Positions 29,463-39,444 of a stretch of 64,000 nt of DNA are shown here, piece by piece (within the stretch, counting starts at the first letter, position 1; each line of letters starts with the position of its first letter). The translations under genes and the position numbers were made by a program. The stretch covers positions 2,713 through 66,712 of the forward strand of contig CADAYE010000002.1 of the NCBI GenBank assembly GCA_902792085.1. The letters run 5' to 3'. Origin of the DNA: an uncultured bacterium (GTDB taxonomy: Bacteria > Cyanobacteriota > Vampirovibrionia > Gastranaerophilales > Gastranaerophilaceae). Under the pieces are notes generated by a model, which did not search any database, had not been told where the DNA came from, and saw only the letters and a list, made by a program, of their open reading frames with translations.

Positions 29463-29786
29463 ATGGCAGAAATATTAGAATTAACTGAGAATATCTTTGA
29501 ACAGGAAGTTGAACAATCAGATATGCCTACTGTTGTTGATTTTTGGGCAACATGGTGCGGTCCTTGCAGAAAATTAGGTCCTGTTTTGGAAGAAATAGCA
29601 AAAGATTATGACGGCAAAGTAAAATTTGCAAAAGTAAATGTTGAAGAAAATAAAGAAATTGCAAAAAAATATTCAATTAGCGGTATCCCTTGTTTATTAG
29701 TTTTCGACAAAGGACAACCTGTTGAAAGAATGGTAGGTTTGATGCCAAAATCAACTATCATTTCAAATATCGAAAAACATATTTAA
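29463..29786 (+). CDS. trxA: Thioredoxin
   Basis: WATWCGPC active site, 107 aa, GGAGG SD. Confidence 0.95.
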   Translation: MAEILELTENIFEQEVEQSDMPTVVDFWATWCGPCRKLGPVLEEIAKDYDGKVKFAKVNVEENKEIAKKYSISGIPCLLVFDKGQPVERMVGLMPKSTIISNIEKHI

Positions 29787-29803
29787 AAAATTTATTTAAA
29801 TAG

Positions 29804-29857
29804 AAAAAATAATGTCGTTTTAAATTGTAACAATTTGTAACGGCATTATTTTTTTAT
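29804..29857 (+). terminator. trxA terminator
   Basis: AATAATGTCGTT / AACGGCATTATT 12-bp stem (one G.U pair), 19-nt loop, followed by TTTTTAT. Confidence 0.6.
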
Positions 29858-29930
29858 GTTCCTAATGTTAAAGATTATAAGAATTTATGCCGTCAGATAA
29901 CATGAGTAAATATAACAATAGGCAAAAGAT

Positions 29931-32900
29931 ATGAGTAAATATACCAAAACAGTTGCAAATACGCCCGAAGCGGATAGAACTAATGCATTGAAAGCATTGA
30001 AAACTTCTATTCATAATCATACCGGATTTGCTAAACTTGATGATCCTTCAAAATCTTTGCCTATCGATTCAAGTAAAGCCGCAGGCTACAGTCCAAGTGT
30101 CATTGCGCTTGCCGGTCAACTAAAATATCAACATGAGCAGGGTTTTGTTCCGTCAGGTGAAAATAGCCAGAAATTTGATGATAGTTTTTATCTTCAATAT
30201 GCAAAAAGGCTATTAAATGCACAATATAATACAAGTTTTGATAAAGTTTTTGGTGGAATAGATGATGTTCCGGATCCTGCTTATGCCCAATATTCTTATG
30301 AAGAAATTATTACAATGTCAAATAATGGTGTAAATATCCCAACTAAAGTCCTTGCTTGGGCAAAAGCACAGCAGGAAACAGATATCGTTGATTATATTGT
30401 TTTATCTGATAATGCGGAAGATACAGACAACAACGGGCAGGATAATAAAACAGGAGAATCTGAAATTAACAAAATCAGAGAAGAAGTCAAAAATAATGTA
30501 ATAAAATCTAAAAAAGCGCAGGAAGATGTAAAAAATGATAGAGAAAAATCACGTGAATTAACAGATCTCGCTATTAATATTGCCAAAAAACAAAAAAACA
30601 TTTTGCAAAATAAATCAATTGACAAAATTAAAGATATGGCTGAAGAATGGAAATCTCTCGATAAAAAGAAACAAGAAGAAGGTAAACTTGATGTTTTAGA
30701 AAATGCAAAATATAAGAAATTATCAAATAATCTTAAACAAGGTGGAGCAATAATTGACGAACTACAAAAAAATTCTGTCGATTTGGACAATTTCTTAGAA
30801 TCAATTGATACACTTACAAATGATTCAAATGAAGGTTTAACAAGAGCAGAAAAAACAATCGATTCATCTAAAAACTTCAGCAATTTGGATGACAGACTTA
30901 ATATTTTCCAAAAAGTTCACGCCTACAAAATTGCCGAAAAAGGAAGCGGTTTATTAGAAGATGCATTGGTTAATGTAAGCGATACACAACTTGCTTATGT
31001 TGCCGAGAAAATCGGTCAAGATTTGTTAGACATCGGTAATGAAGGAATTCTTGATGTAACCAACGAAAATACACAGGAAGCCATAAAATTCTCCAAAGAC
31101 TTTACAACAAAGGCAAAACATATTGAAAATACATTAGGCATTAAAAATATAGATGATTCGGAAAAAATAATTACCCAAGAAGAAAGCAAAGAATCTGAAC
31201 CTGAAACAAGTTCGGAAACAAAAGAAGAACCTCCTGTTGCAAATGCTCCTGAAGCAAGTGTTGAACCGCAAGAAGAAGAAACACCTGTTGCAAATGCACC
31301 TGAAACAAGTGTTGAACCGCAAGAAGAAGAAACATCTGTCGCAAATGCACCTGAAGCAAGCGTTGAACCACAAGAAGAAACACCTGTTGCAAACGCACCT
31401 GAAGCAAGTGTTGAACCGCAAGAAGAAGAAACACAAGTTGAAAATTCATCTATGGCTCTTGCACCGGCAAGAACAAGAGCCGCATCTGCTTCGCCATCTG
31501 AAGAAACACCTGTTGCAAACGCTCCTGAAGCAAGCGTTGAACCGCAAGAAGAAGCACAAGTTGCAAACGATTCTGAAACAAGTGTTGAACCGCAAGAAGA
31601 AGAAGAAACATCTGTCGCAAATGTTCCTGAAGCAAGTGTTGAACCGCAGGAAGAAGAAACATCTGTCGCAAATGCACCTGAAACAAGTGTTGAACCGCAA
31701 GAAGAAGAAACACCTGTTGCAAATGTTTCTGAAACAAGTGTTGAACCGCAAGAAGAAGAAACACCTGTTGCAAATGTTTCTGAAACAAGTGTTGAACCGC
31801 AAGAAGAAACACAAGTTGAAAATACATCTATGGCACTCACACCGGCAAGAACAAGAGCCGCATCTGTTTCACCATCGGCAGAAACTGAAGAACCACCTAT
31901 TGCAAATGCTCCGGAAGCAAGTGTTGAACCGCAGGAAGATACACCTGTTGCAAACGCACCTGAAGTAAGTGTTGAACCGCAGGAAGATACACCTGTCGCA
32001 AACGCTTCTGAAACAAGTGTTGAACCGCAAGAAGAAGAACCTCCTGTTGCAAATGCACTTGAAATAAGTGTTGAACCGCAAGAAGAATCTGCTAATGAAC
32101 CCACCGTTCAGGAACCATTAGAAACTCCGGCAGAAACAGAAAATATATATGTTTCTGAAGATGATACAGCATCTAATCTCACAAATATTGCAGCATCCGG
32201 TCGTTCACCTCAGGATATTATGAATAATCCTGCGATAGCAAGCAACACAAACACCGTCACAAGTAATGGTGTCGAGGGTTCAAATACAATAAATTCATCT
32301 GCTAAAAGTGAAAAAGCAGAACAAAAAGAAAAAGAAGAAATTGAAGATACCCAAAAAACAATGAAAGCGTTATATGGAACAAATGTTGACTTTACAAAAG
32401 CGTTTGTCGGGGCTGAAGTTGCAGCGGCAGTCGGAATGGGACCTGCATCTTATATAATGCAAATTGCAGTATGGGGTGGAATTGTTACCGCTTCAGTTTT
32501 AGATTTACTTGCTAAAAATCTTGTTGTAGGAAAAAGTTCCGAAATCGCAGAAAATGAGGTTAAAAATTCCGCTGATTTTGTCAAATCATTAGATGCAGGT
32601 TCAAATGCTATTATAGCAGAACATACTAAAAATATGGCTGAAGCAAAATTAATTTCTAATGAATACAAAGAATTAAACAATCAATCTATTGATTATCAGT
32701 TTGCAATGATGCAAGATCAGGCAAAATTAGTCGAAGCAGGAAAAATATCAGCAGATGAAATAATAAATTATCCTGCCCCGTTTGCAGGGGATAAACAAAA
32801 TCTTGAAGCAAAACTTCAGGGATTGTCTGACAAAGATTCACAAAAAATTAATACAATCAACGGGCTATTGAAAAACAGTGAGAAAATTTCAAAACAATCA

Positions 32901-33716
32901 ATGAAATCAAATAATGATTTTTCAGGTTTAAATGACAAATTAGGAGAAAGAAACAGCAATAACAATCTATTAGGAGATATTATAATTGTTGATACCGCTA
33001 TTGCACAGGGATTAATAACCATAACAATGACAGCACTTGCAGTAATGGGATTTTTCTCCGCTCCTATGCTTGCCGCTTGGGCAGTTGCATTGGCGAAGAA
33101 CGCCGGACTTGCGGCAACAGGTGTAGGCGCAAAATTAGTAAGTAATCAGGTTGACAACAGAATCGATGCAAATAACGAAACTTTCCGTGAAGGTCAAAAA
33201 TCTTTGATGCACGATGACAAAGTAAAAAATGATGTCAGAAGAGTAACAGCAAAAGCCGCTGCAGATAAAATGGGCAGTATCCCTGTTCAACAAGAACAAC
33301 AAGCAGCCCAAAATGCACAACAAAACAGTAATTCTGAAAATACGACTGAAAACGAAAATTCTCAAAACAATTCTTCAAATAATGTTACGGCACCTTCACC
33401 AAGCGTTAGAAAAGAAAGTGACACTCGTTCAGGATTTGATAAATCATCCCTAAATTCAGAACTTGATATAAACAATCCTAATGATGTTAAAAAGGCTAAA
33501 GAATATGCTATTGCATATACAAGAGATGTAAATGTTTATGATGAAAAATCAAAAGCAGCAGCAAGCACAAATTCAAATACCTCTGCCGCAGATTCAAATA
33601 CAACCGCAGATATTAAATTATCAAGATTTAACAAAGATGGCGCAATTAATTCAAGTAAACGTTCACAAAGAGTAAATGCCACATCTGCAACTTACAACGG
33701 AAGAACAAGAAGATAG
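29931..33716 (+). CDS. Large repeat-containing membrane protein (unknown function)
   Basis: 1261-aa ORF with a central acidic/Pro tandem-repeat region and two hydrophobic clusters in the C-terminal third. Confidence 0.75.
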   Translation: MSKYTKTVANTPEADRTNALKALKTSIHNHTGFAKLDDPSKSLPIDSSKAAGYSPSVIALAGQLKYQHEQGFVPSGENSQKFDDSFYLQYAKRLLNAQYNTSFDKVFGGIDDVPDPAYAQYSYEEIITMSNNGVNIPTKVLAWAKAQQETDIVDYIVLSDNAEDTDNNGQDNKTGESEINKIREEVKNNVIKSKKAQEDVKNDREKSRELTDLAINIAKKQKNILQNKSIDKIKDMAEEWKSLDKKKQEEGKLDVLENAKYKKLSNNLKQGGAIIDELQKNSVDLDNFLESIDTLTNDSNEGLTRAEKTIDSSKNFSNLDDRLNIFQKVHAYKIAEKGSGLLEDALVNVSDTQLAYVAEKIGQDLLDIGNEGILDVTNENTQEAIKFSKDFTTKAKHIENTLGIKNIDDSEKIITQEESKESEPETSSETKEEPPVANAPEASVEPQEEETPVANAPETSVEPQEEETSVANAPEASVEPQEETPVANAPEASVEPQEEETQVENSSMALAPARTRAASASPSEETPVANAPEASVEPQEEAQVANDSETSVEPQEEEETSVANVPEASVEPQEEETSVANAPETSVEPQEEETPVANVSETSVEPQEEETPVANVSETSVEPQEETQVENTSMALTPARTRAASVSPSAETEEPPIANAPEASVEPQEDTPVANAPEVSVEPQEDTPVANASETSVEPQEEEPPVANALEISVEPQEESANEPTVQEPLETPAETENIYVSEDDTASNLTNIAASGRSPQDIMNNPAIASNTNTVTSNGVEGSNTINSSAKSEKAEQKEKEEIEDTQKTMKALYGTNVDFTKAFVGAEVAAAVGMGPASYIMQIAVWGGIVTASVLDLLAKNLVVGKSSEIAENEVKNSADFVKSLDAGSNAIIAEHTKNMAEAKLISNEYKELNNQSIDYQFAMMQDQAKLVEAGKISADEIINYPAPFAGDKQNLEAKLQGLSDKDSQKINTINGLLKNSEKISKQSMKSNNDFSGLNDKLGERNSNNNLLGDIIIVDTAIAQGLITITMTALAVMGFFSAPMLAAWAVALAKNAGLAATGVGAKLVSNQVDNRIDANNETFREGQKSLMHDDKVKNDVRRVTAKAAADKMGSIPVQQEQQAAQNAQQNSNSENTTENENSQNNSSNNVTAPSPSVRKESDTRSGFDKSSLNSELDINNPNDVKKAKEYAIAYTRDVNVYDEKSKAAASTNSNTSAADSNTTADIKLSRFNKDGAINSSKRSQRVNATSATYNGRTRR
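31224..32087 (+). repeat. In-frame 51-nt (17-aa) tandem repeats, 14 units in 4+6+4 blocks
   Basis: Unit ETPVANAPEASVEPQEE. The blocks are separated by two copies of the spacer TQVEN(S/T)SMAL(A/T)PARTRAAS(A/V)SPS. Confidence 0.9.
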
Positions 33717-33846
33717 TTTTAATCAAATTTTAATATGATAATATTGTGTTTGCGCATACTACATCAGGCAGATGATATGTACTTGAAATTTTTTTGAATG
33801 GTTATAAAATATATATATCAATTAGAATAATAGGAAATATTTATAT

Positions 33847-36075
33847 ATGACAAAAATTGAATATAAGGAAGCGGTAAGAGAGTTTATCACTTCTTCAAAG
33901 TTTATCAAATTCATGTATTTGATATGTTTTACTCTTGTGATTACGGCAATAATATCATCTCAAAACTTTTTTTTCCAAAATGTTATTGAAAACGGTATAA
34001 GCAAAAAAGAAATTATTGCAGAAAAAACAATAACCGTTGAAGATGTAAAAAGAACAGAAGCACACAAAAAAGAGGTGGCAAAAAAAGTCGAGCCCAAACT
34101 TGTTCCTGCAGAAGATGAATTTATCAAGACAAATCTTGAAACTTTGCATAATGCAGTATTACAGATAAGAAAAAAAGAGGGTGAAAAAGCAGAAAAAGAA
34201 GAAGAAATAAATATTCTTTTTGACCTTACCGATAACCCCAAACGCAATTTTATCGTGAATTTTTTGTTAGATGTTGATGAGCCGAGTCTTAATGAGGCAT
34301 TTGAAAAAGCATCATTGTCCCTTGCAAATATTTTGCAAAAAGGTATTACAGAAAGCGATTACGATAAAGGCAATATCAAAAAAATCATAATGGAAAACCT
34401 TGTTTCTAATGTTTCAAAAAGACAAGTGGCAGTAATATGTGCAGTATTAGAACAAGTTATTGTGCCAAACCTTGTTGTGGACGAAGCGGCAACAGAACTC
34501 GCAAGAATCAACGCACAACAATCCGTTAAACCGACTATGGTTACATTTGAAAAAGGTCAAAAAATTGTATTCAAAGGTGAACCGATAACAAGACTGAAAA
34601 GAGATGCTTTGCGTGAAGCAGGTTTCAATGTATATGAACTCAACTGGCAAGGAGTTTTATCAATATATATTCTTGTATTTTTGGTCAGTTTTATTTATCT
34701 TGCATATATCAAATTTTTTGAAAAAAGTTATAACGAACCCCGCTATCTTGCGTTATCAGCAGTTTTGGCAATAGTTACCTGCGCAATAGGGGTTGTTTTA
34801 CCGACAGGATTTTCCCCTTATGTTATACCAATTCCTGCGGTTGTTGTCATTACTTCAGTATTTATGAGCCCTCGAATTGCGTTTTTACTTTCAACGCTGA
34901 TACTATCTGTTATGACCATAGGAATACAATATAAAGCACAATTTATTATTATATTTATACTCTTATCGCTTATCGCAATGATTATTACCTCAAAAATAAA
35001 ATATACAAGACGCTTTGATTTAATCAGACTTGGTTTTCATCTCGGTATTTCCGGTGTTTTAATAATGCTCAGTTTGTATCTGATTGATAAGTGCCTGATA
35101 AATGTTGATAATTATTTAATAATGCGTGATTGTACTTATATATTTCTGAATGCAATAATAAGTTCAATATTGGCATTAGGACTTTCTCCTTTATTGGAAA
35201 GCACTTTTCATATCATAACTCCTTACGGCTTGGCAGAACTTGGCGATCATAATCAGGCATTATTAAAAAGATTACAAATGGAAGCCCCAGGGACATATCA
35301 TCACAGCCTGATGGTTTCTACCTTGTGCGAAGCGGCAGCCGAAGCAATAGGCGCAAACCCCGTTTTGGCAAGAGTTGGAGCATTTTATCACGATATAGGA
35401 AAACTCAAAAGACCACTTTTCTTTGTTGAAAACCAGTCTTACTTTAGTATCGAAAATCCGCATAATAACCTTACCCCAAGAATGAGTAAAATGGTTATTA
35501 CCGCTCATCCAAAAGACGGAGTTGAACTTGCAAAAGAATACGGGTTGCCAAGTGTGATCAATGATTTTATTCTTCAGCATCATGGCGAAGGTATTGCAAA
35601 ATATTTTTACAATCAGGCAGTAGCAGAAGAAGGGAAAGAAAATGTAAAAGAAGAACAATTCCGCTACACAGGTCCTAAACCTAATTCAAAAGAAACTGCA
35701 ATTCTTATGATTGCAGATGCTGTTGAATCCGCTGTTCGTGCAATGAAAGGCGCAAGTGCGGAAGAAATTGAAAATATCATTGACAAAATTATTGTTGAAA
35801 GGCTTAATGACGGTCAGTTGGAAGATAGTCCTCTGACACTGAAGGATTTAAAATTAATTGCGGTTACTTTCAGCAGAGTATTAAGAGGCATGCAGCACAA
35901 CAGAATTAAATATCAGGAAGATATTGCTCAGGAATTTAAGAAAAATAAGATTGAAATACCTGCAAAAGCGCTTGACGCAGACTTAGAAAACAAGATAAAG
36001 GAACTTGAAGCATCGAAAACCGTTGCACCGTCAGACAAACCTGATAATGACGATGATGATTTTCATGTATTATAA
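33847..36075 (+). CDS. pgpH: 7TM-HD (HDIG) phosphohydrolase, PgpH-like
   Basis: Extracellular domain, then 7 TM segments, then the HD domain HHSLMVSTL...AFYHDIGK. Upstream of ybeY-dgkA, as is typical. Confidence 0.85.
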   Translation: MTKIEYKEAVREFITSSKFIKFMYLICFTLVITAIISSQNFFFQNVIENGISKKEIIAEKTITVEDVKRTEAHKKEVAKKVEPKLVPAEDEFIKTNLETLHNAVLQIRKKEGEKAEKEEEINILFDLTDNPKRNFIVNFLLDVDEPSLNEAFEKASLSLANILQKGITESDYDKGNIKKIIMENLVSNVSKRQVAVICAVLEQVIVPNLVVDEAATELARINAQQSVKPTMVTFEKGQKIVFKGEPITRLKRDALREAGFNVYELNWQGVLSIYILVFLVSFIYLAYIKFFEKSYNEPRYLALSAVLAIVTCAIGVVLPTGFSPYVIPIPAVVVITSVFMSPRIAFLLSTLILSVMTIGIQYKAQFIIIFILLSLIAMIITSKIKYTRRFDLIRLGFHLGISGVLIMLSLYLIDKCLINVDNYLIMRDCTYIFLNAIISSILALGLSPLLESTFHIITPYGLAELGDHNQALLKRLQMEAPGTYHHSLMVSTLCEAAAEAIGANPVLARVGAFYHDIGKLKRPLFFVENQSYFSIENPHNNLTPRMSKMVITAHPKDGVELAKEYGLPSVINDFILQHHGEGIAKYFYNQAVAEEGKENVKEEQFRYTGPKPNSKETAILMIADAVESAVRAMKGASAEEIENIIDKIIVERLNDGQLEDSPLTLKDLKLIAVTFSRVLRGMQHNRIKYQEDIAQEFKKNKIEIPAKALDADLENKIKELEASKTVAPSDKPDNDDDDFHVL

Positions 36076-36082
36076 CAAAACT

Positions 36083-36598
36083 ATGAATATAAATATTGAA
36101 TGTACAAATGAATTTGACAGTTGGAATGTTGATTTTGATTGGGTAAAAAGTACGGCAAAATCCGTTTTGGAATACTTTATGTCACAGGAAGAAATCAGCA
36201 AAAATTCCTGTCTGAAAAATTATGATTATCAGACGGTATCGTTTGATTTTTTGTTCACTGACAGCGGTCAGACTCACGGCATAAATCTTGAATACCGCAG
36301 CAAAGATTATCCTGCGGATATAATTACATTTTCGGTTTTTGCAGATTGCGCCGAAAATGAAAGATTTGTACTTGACGGTGATATAAATTTGGGCGAAATC
36401 ATTATTGCACTTGATAAAATGATAGATGGGGCGAATGAAAAAGGGATTTCAAAAGAAGACGAACTTGCTTTTTTTATAAGTCACGGAATTATGCATTTAT
36501 TGGGGTTTGACCACATAACAATGTCGGAATATAATTTTGTTGTAGAATGGCAGAAGAAAGCATTAGGAAGTATCAATATAAGTTATGACAAAATATAA
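36083..36598 (+). CDS. ybeY: rRNA maturation endoribonuclease YbeY
   Basis: HGIMHLLGFDH zinc motif. I place the start at ATG 36083, or 36065. The track ORF start at 36005 overlaps pgpH. Confidence 0.85.
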   Translation: MNINIECTNEFDSWNVDFDWVKSTAKSVLEYFMSQEEISKNSCLKNYDYQTVSFDFLFTDSGQTHGINLEYRSKDYPADIITFSVFADCAENERFVLDGDINLGEIIIALDKMIDGANEKGISKEDELAFFISHGIMHLLGFDHITMSEYNFVVEWQKKALGSINISYDKI

Positions 36599-36965
36599 GT
36601 CGCAGGGATTTATAAATACATTCAGAAACGCACGCAAGGGCATGCGTTTGTCTATTAAAAGCGAACAAAATATCAGGGTGCATATTTTGTGTGGGGCATT
36701 GGCACTTGCACTTGGTTTTGCGCTTCATTTTTCGTGCGTAAAATTCTGCATTTTGTTATTAACAATAGTGATGGTAATTTCAGCCGAGATGATGAATTCT
36801 GCAATAGAATTTGCACTTGATTCAATTTATCATAACAGATATTCCAAAATGGTCGGAATGGCAAAAGATATTGCTGCCGGTGCTGTTATGATAGTGACAG
36901 TTGTTGCGTTGATGGTCGGAGTTTTACTTTTTGTTCCGCCAATTTATAAAATAATGTTGGGTTAA
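36585..36965 (+). CDS. dgkA: Diacylglycerol/undecaprenol kinase (DgkA family)
   Basis: 126 aa, 3 TM segments, AEMMNSAIEFALD motif. Overlaps ybeY by 14 nt. Confidence 0.85.
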   Translation: MTKYKSQGFINTFRNARKGMRLSIKSEQNIRVHILCGALALALGFALHFSCVKFCILLLTIVMVISAEMMNSAIEFALDSIYHNRYSKMVGMAKDIAAGAVMIVTVVALMVGVLLFVPPIYKIMLG

Positions 36966-37076
36966 TTTTATTATAAGGTTTACAAATCTTAAAATATTCG
37001 TTTGTAAAAAGCAATTTTTGTTTTGTCGCATTTTTATTAAATATGTGTAGAATTAATTAACCGTAGGAGAAAATTT

Positions 37077-37598
37077 ATGACATCTGTTCAAGCAATTAAT
37101 GCATCTCAAACATTTACTGCCAACCCTTGTAAATCAAAAGATAAATATACAGGGACAATAATCGGTGCCGGAGTGGCTGCAACTATGGGCAGTCTTGCTT
37201 TATGTGTTCCTGCCAATAAAGGAGTAAGGCTTATGGCAGGATTAAAGACATTAGCACGCACTATTCCGCTTTTTGCAGGTGTAGGCTTACTTGTTGACTA
37301 TTTGAATAATAAACAGAGAAAAAGCTCTCAGCCAAATGCCAAGACAGATAAAGGCAATGATTATGTAAAAGTAAACAACGGGAAAAAATATGGTGCGCTT
37401 TTAGGTGTTGTTGCTCCGCTTGCTATGAAAATTTTCAACAATAATAAAGTTCAGGCATCTTTAGGTGTAAAAATTGCAGCGTTGCCGTTTATGTTAATTG
37501 GTGCCGGTGTATCTGCACTTTGCGGTTATGGCTTAGGCGCATTAACAGATAAACTGGATAATTCACAAGCAATAAAAGATGCTGATAATGTGGCTTAA
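37077..37598 (+). CDS. Hypothetical membrane protein sharing the N-terminal anchor module
   Basis: AGGAG SD. DKYTGTIIGAGVAATMGSLALCVPANKG resembles the anchors of the next two genes. Further Gly/Ala-rich hydrophobic segments. Confidence 0.65.
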   Translation: MTSVQAINASQTFTANPCKSKDKYTGTIIGAGVAATMGSLALCVPANKGVRLMAGLKTLARTIPLFAGVGLLVDYLNNKQRKSSQPNAKTDKGNDYVKVNNGKKYGALLGVVAPLAMKIFNNNKVQASLGVKIAALPFMLIGAGVSALCGYGLGALTDKLDNSQAIKDADNVA

Positions 37599-37620
37599 TT
37601 GAAGAAAAGGAATTTATAAA

Positions 37621-39435
37621 ATGGCTCAAGATTTTTCGGTAGACAAAATTGGTTTAAAAAATAAGACTTATTTTTTAGGTGATATAAGCGAACCCCAAAA
37701 AGAAGTTTCGGCACCTAAACAAGACGAAAACGATAAAAAGTTAAGTAAATCCGCGAAATATATGATAGGTGCAACTGCTCTTGCAACAGCAGTTGTTGCA
37801 GGAATCGCAATTGCCCGTAATATCAAAAAAGGCAAAGCGTTAGAAGCCGCAAGAAAAGCACATGAAGCCGCTGAAATAGAGCATCAAAAAATTATACAAA
37901 AGGCACAGAATATAATTGATAAGGAAAAAGATATTCATAGCGCAATTGAAAAGGAAGACAGATATTTTAACAAAACATACAATAAAATAAATAAAAGCGC
38001 ACGTAATAGTGCTGAAACCTTTGATACATATTATAAAAAACAAGAATGTATCGCTAATGTGAAAAAATCTTTGCGTCAAAAAACTCCAATTAACGCAGAA
38101 ACGATTGATACAAGGCTAAAACCTGAACTTAAAGAAGGTGCCTGGGCGAAAGAAGATATGAAAGCATATTACGAAAGTGATTGTGTACAGGTATATAAAT
38201 CAAATTTATGTACTTCATACAAAAATTTCTCAGCAGACGGAAAACTTGTTAAGGAAAAAAGAATATATACCGCATCAAGCGAATACGGAGAAGGTGCAAC
38301 AGAAATAATAACTAAAAATAAAAACGGTACAGAAATTTCAGAAATTAAAACTCCTGATGGAAAATTGATTGAATCAAGAGTTTACAAGCCATTTGGCGAA
38401 TTTGAAGTTAGAAAATATTTTGAAAACGGCAAATTGTCAAAAATTGTTTCTAAGGACAAAAACGGAGAAACAAAAACTATCTTTACTGACGGCATAAAAA
38501 CTTCTATGCACAAAAATAATGACGGCAGTCAGGTATTCAAAATATACGAGCAGGACAAAAACGGAAAATATCATTGCATTAGTCGCAGAACTAATAACCA
38601 CGATGCATATGGAGATTTTGATGATACAAAGACTGTTGAGTATATAAATAATGGGAAATATTCAAAAACTCAGACAGGAAGCAGCAGTCGTATTAGTGAA
38701 ATAAGAAGTACTGTCGTTCGGGACCTAAAAGGTAATATCATTGACGAATCAAAAATCAATGTACCAAAATCAGGCAAATCAAAACCTTCAAAAGGCACAA
38801 GCGGTGCAGCAGGTGCAAAGGGTGCTGACGGTACCCAAGATGCAGGGGAACTTTTGGCATCGTGGTATAAGGATTACCTCAAATTGTGCGAAAAATATGG
38901 GGAATCTGTACGTGAGTGCGGAGTCAAAGGCGGTGCAGGCGACCATTGGTTTGAACTCTGTTTAAGAAGAAATGATGAAAAAGCGTATGAAAGTTATTTG
39001 AGAATGCAGGAATATCGTGCAAGATATGATGAAAACGCTATGTTTGCATTAATTATGAGAATGGCAAGCAAGGAGCATATAAATCTTTCCCCCGAAAAAC
39101 TTTCCAAACTCTCTAAAGAAGAATTAAAAACAGTATCTAAATTTTTTAAAGAAGGCTTTATAGATGTTGAAGATCTTAATAATCTCTCATCTAAAAACAT
39201 AAAAAAAATAATTGAGAATGAGCTTGACAAAGGAAATGGATTTAAAGTGGAAAAAAATGATGTAATGGACGATGAACTTAAAATGAAAGAACACGGGGTA
39301 GTAAGCAGAAATAAAGGGAAATCTATTATAATAAATGACCCCGACCATAAATTGATAATTTCTCATGGAAATCCTTACAGAACATCTTATACCCCAAGCA
39401 GAACAAAAGAAAGAGAAGTTACTGTTTATAAGTAG
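37621..39435 (+). CDS. Hypothetical N-terminally anchored protein with coiled coil and short beta-hairpin (YwqK/MORN-like) repeats
   Basis: Anchor KYMIGATALATAVVAGIAIARNIKKGK. Repeats of the type DGKLIESRVYKPFGEFEVRKYFENGKLSK. Confidence 0.65.
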   Translation: MAQDFSVDKIGLKNKTYFLGDISEPQKEVSAPKQDENDKKLSKSAKYMIGATALATAVVAGIAIARNIKKGKALEAARKAHEAAEIEHQKIIQKAQNIIDKEKDIHSAIEKEDRYFNKTYNKINKSARNSAETFDTYYKKQECIANVKKSLRQKTPINAETIDTRLKPELKEGAWAKEDMKAYYESDCVQVYKSNLCTSYKNFSADGKLVKEKRIYTASSEYGEGATEIITKNKNGTEISEIKTPDGKLIESRVYKPFGEFEVRKYFENGKLSKIVSKDKNGETKTIFTDGIKTSMHKNNDGSQVFKIYEQDKNGKYHCISRRTNNHDAYGDFDDTKTVEYINNGKYSKTQTGSSSRISEIRSTVVRDLKGNIIDESKINVPKSGKSKPSKGTSGAAGAKGADGTQDAGELLASWYKDYLKLCEKYGESVRECGVKGGAGDHWFELCLRRNDEKAYESYLRMQEYRARYDENAMFALIMRMASKEHINLSPEKLSKLSKEELKTVSKFFKEGFIDVEDLNNLSSKNIKKIIENELDKGNGFKVEKNDVMDDELKMKEHGVVSRNKGKSIIINDPDHKLIISHGNPYRTSYTPSRTKEREVTVYK

Positions 39436-39444
39436 GGATTTATA

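Noticed and set aside
31224-32087. Possible CRISPR array, because of regularly spaced near-identical repeats
   Set aside because: The units are contiguous with no unique spacers. They are in-frame within a long ORF and are not palindromic. No cas genes are present.
31016-32104. Long alternative-frame and antisense ORFs over the tandem-repeat array (31016..32104 -, 31237..31968 +, 31446..31827 - and others)
   Set aside because: Periodic 51-nt repeats keep every frame open. Their products are monotonous low-complexity strings. Only the frame of the 1261-aa ORF extends into unique flanking sequence.
36005-36082. Extended N-terminus of ybeY overlapping pgpH
   Set aside because: The extension (MKHRKPLHRQTNLIMTMMIF...) overlaps the pgpH coding end in another frame. 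The conserved YbeY sequence begins after the ATG at 36083.
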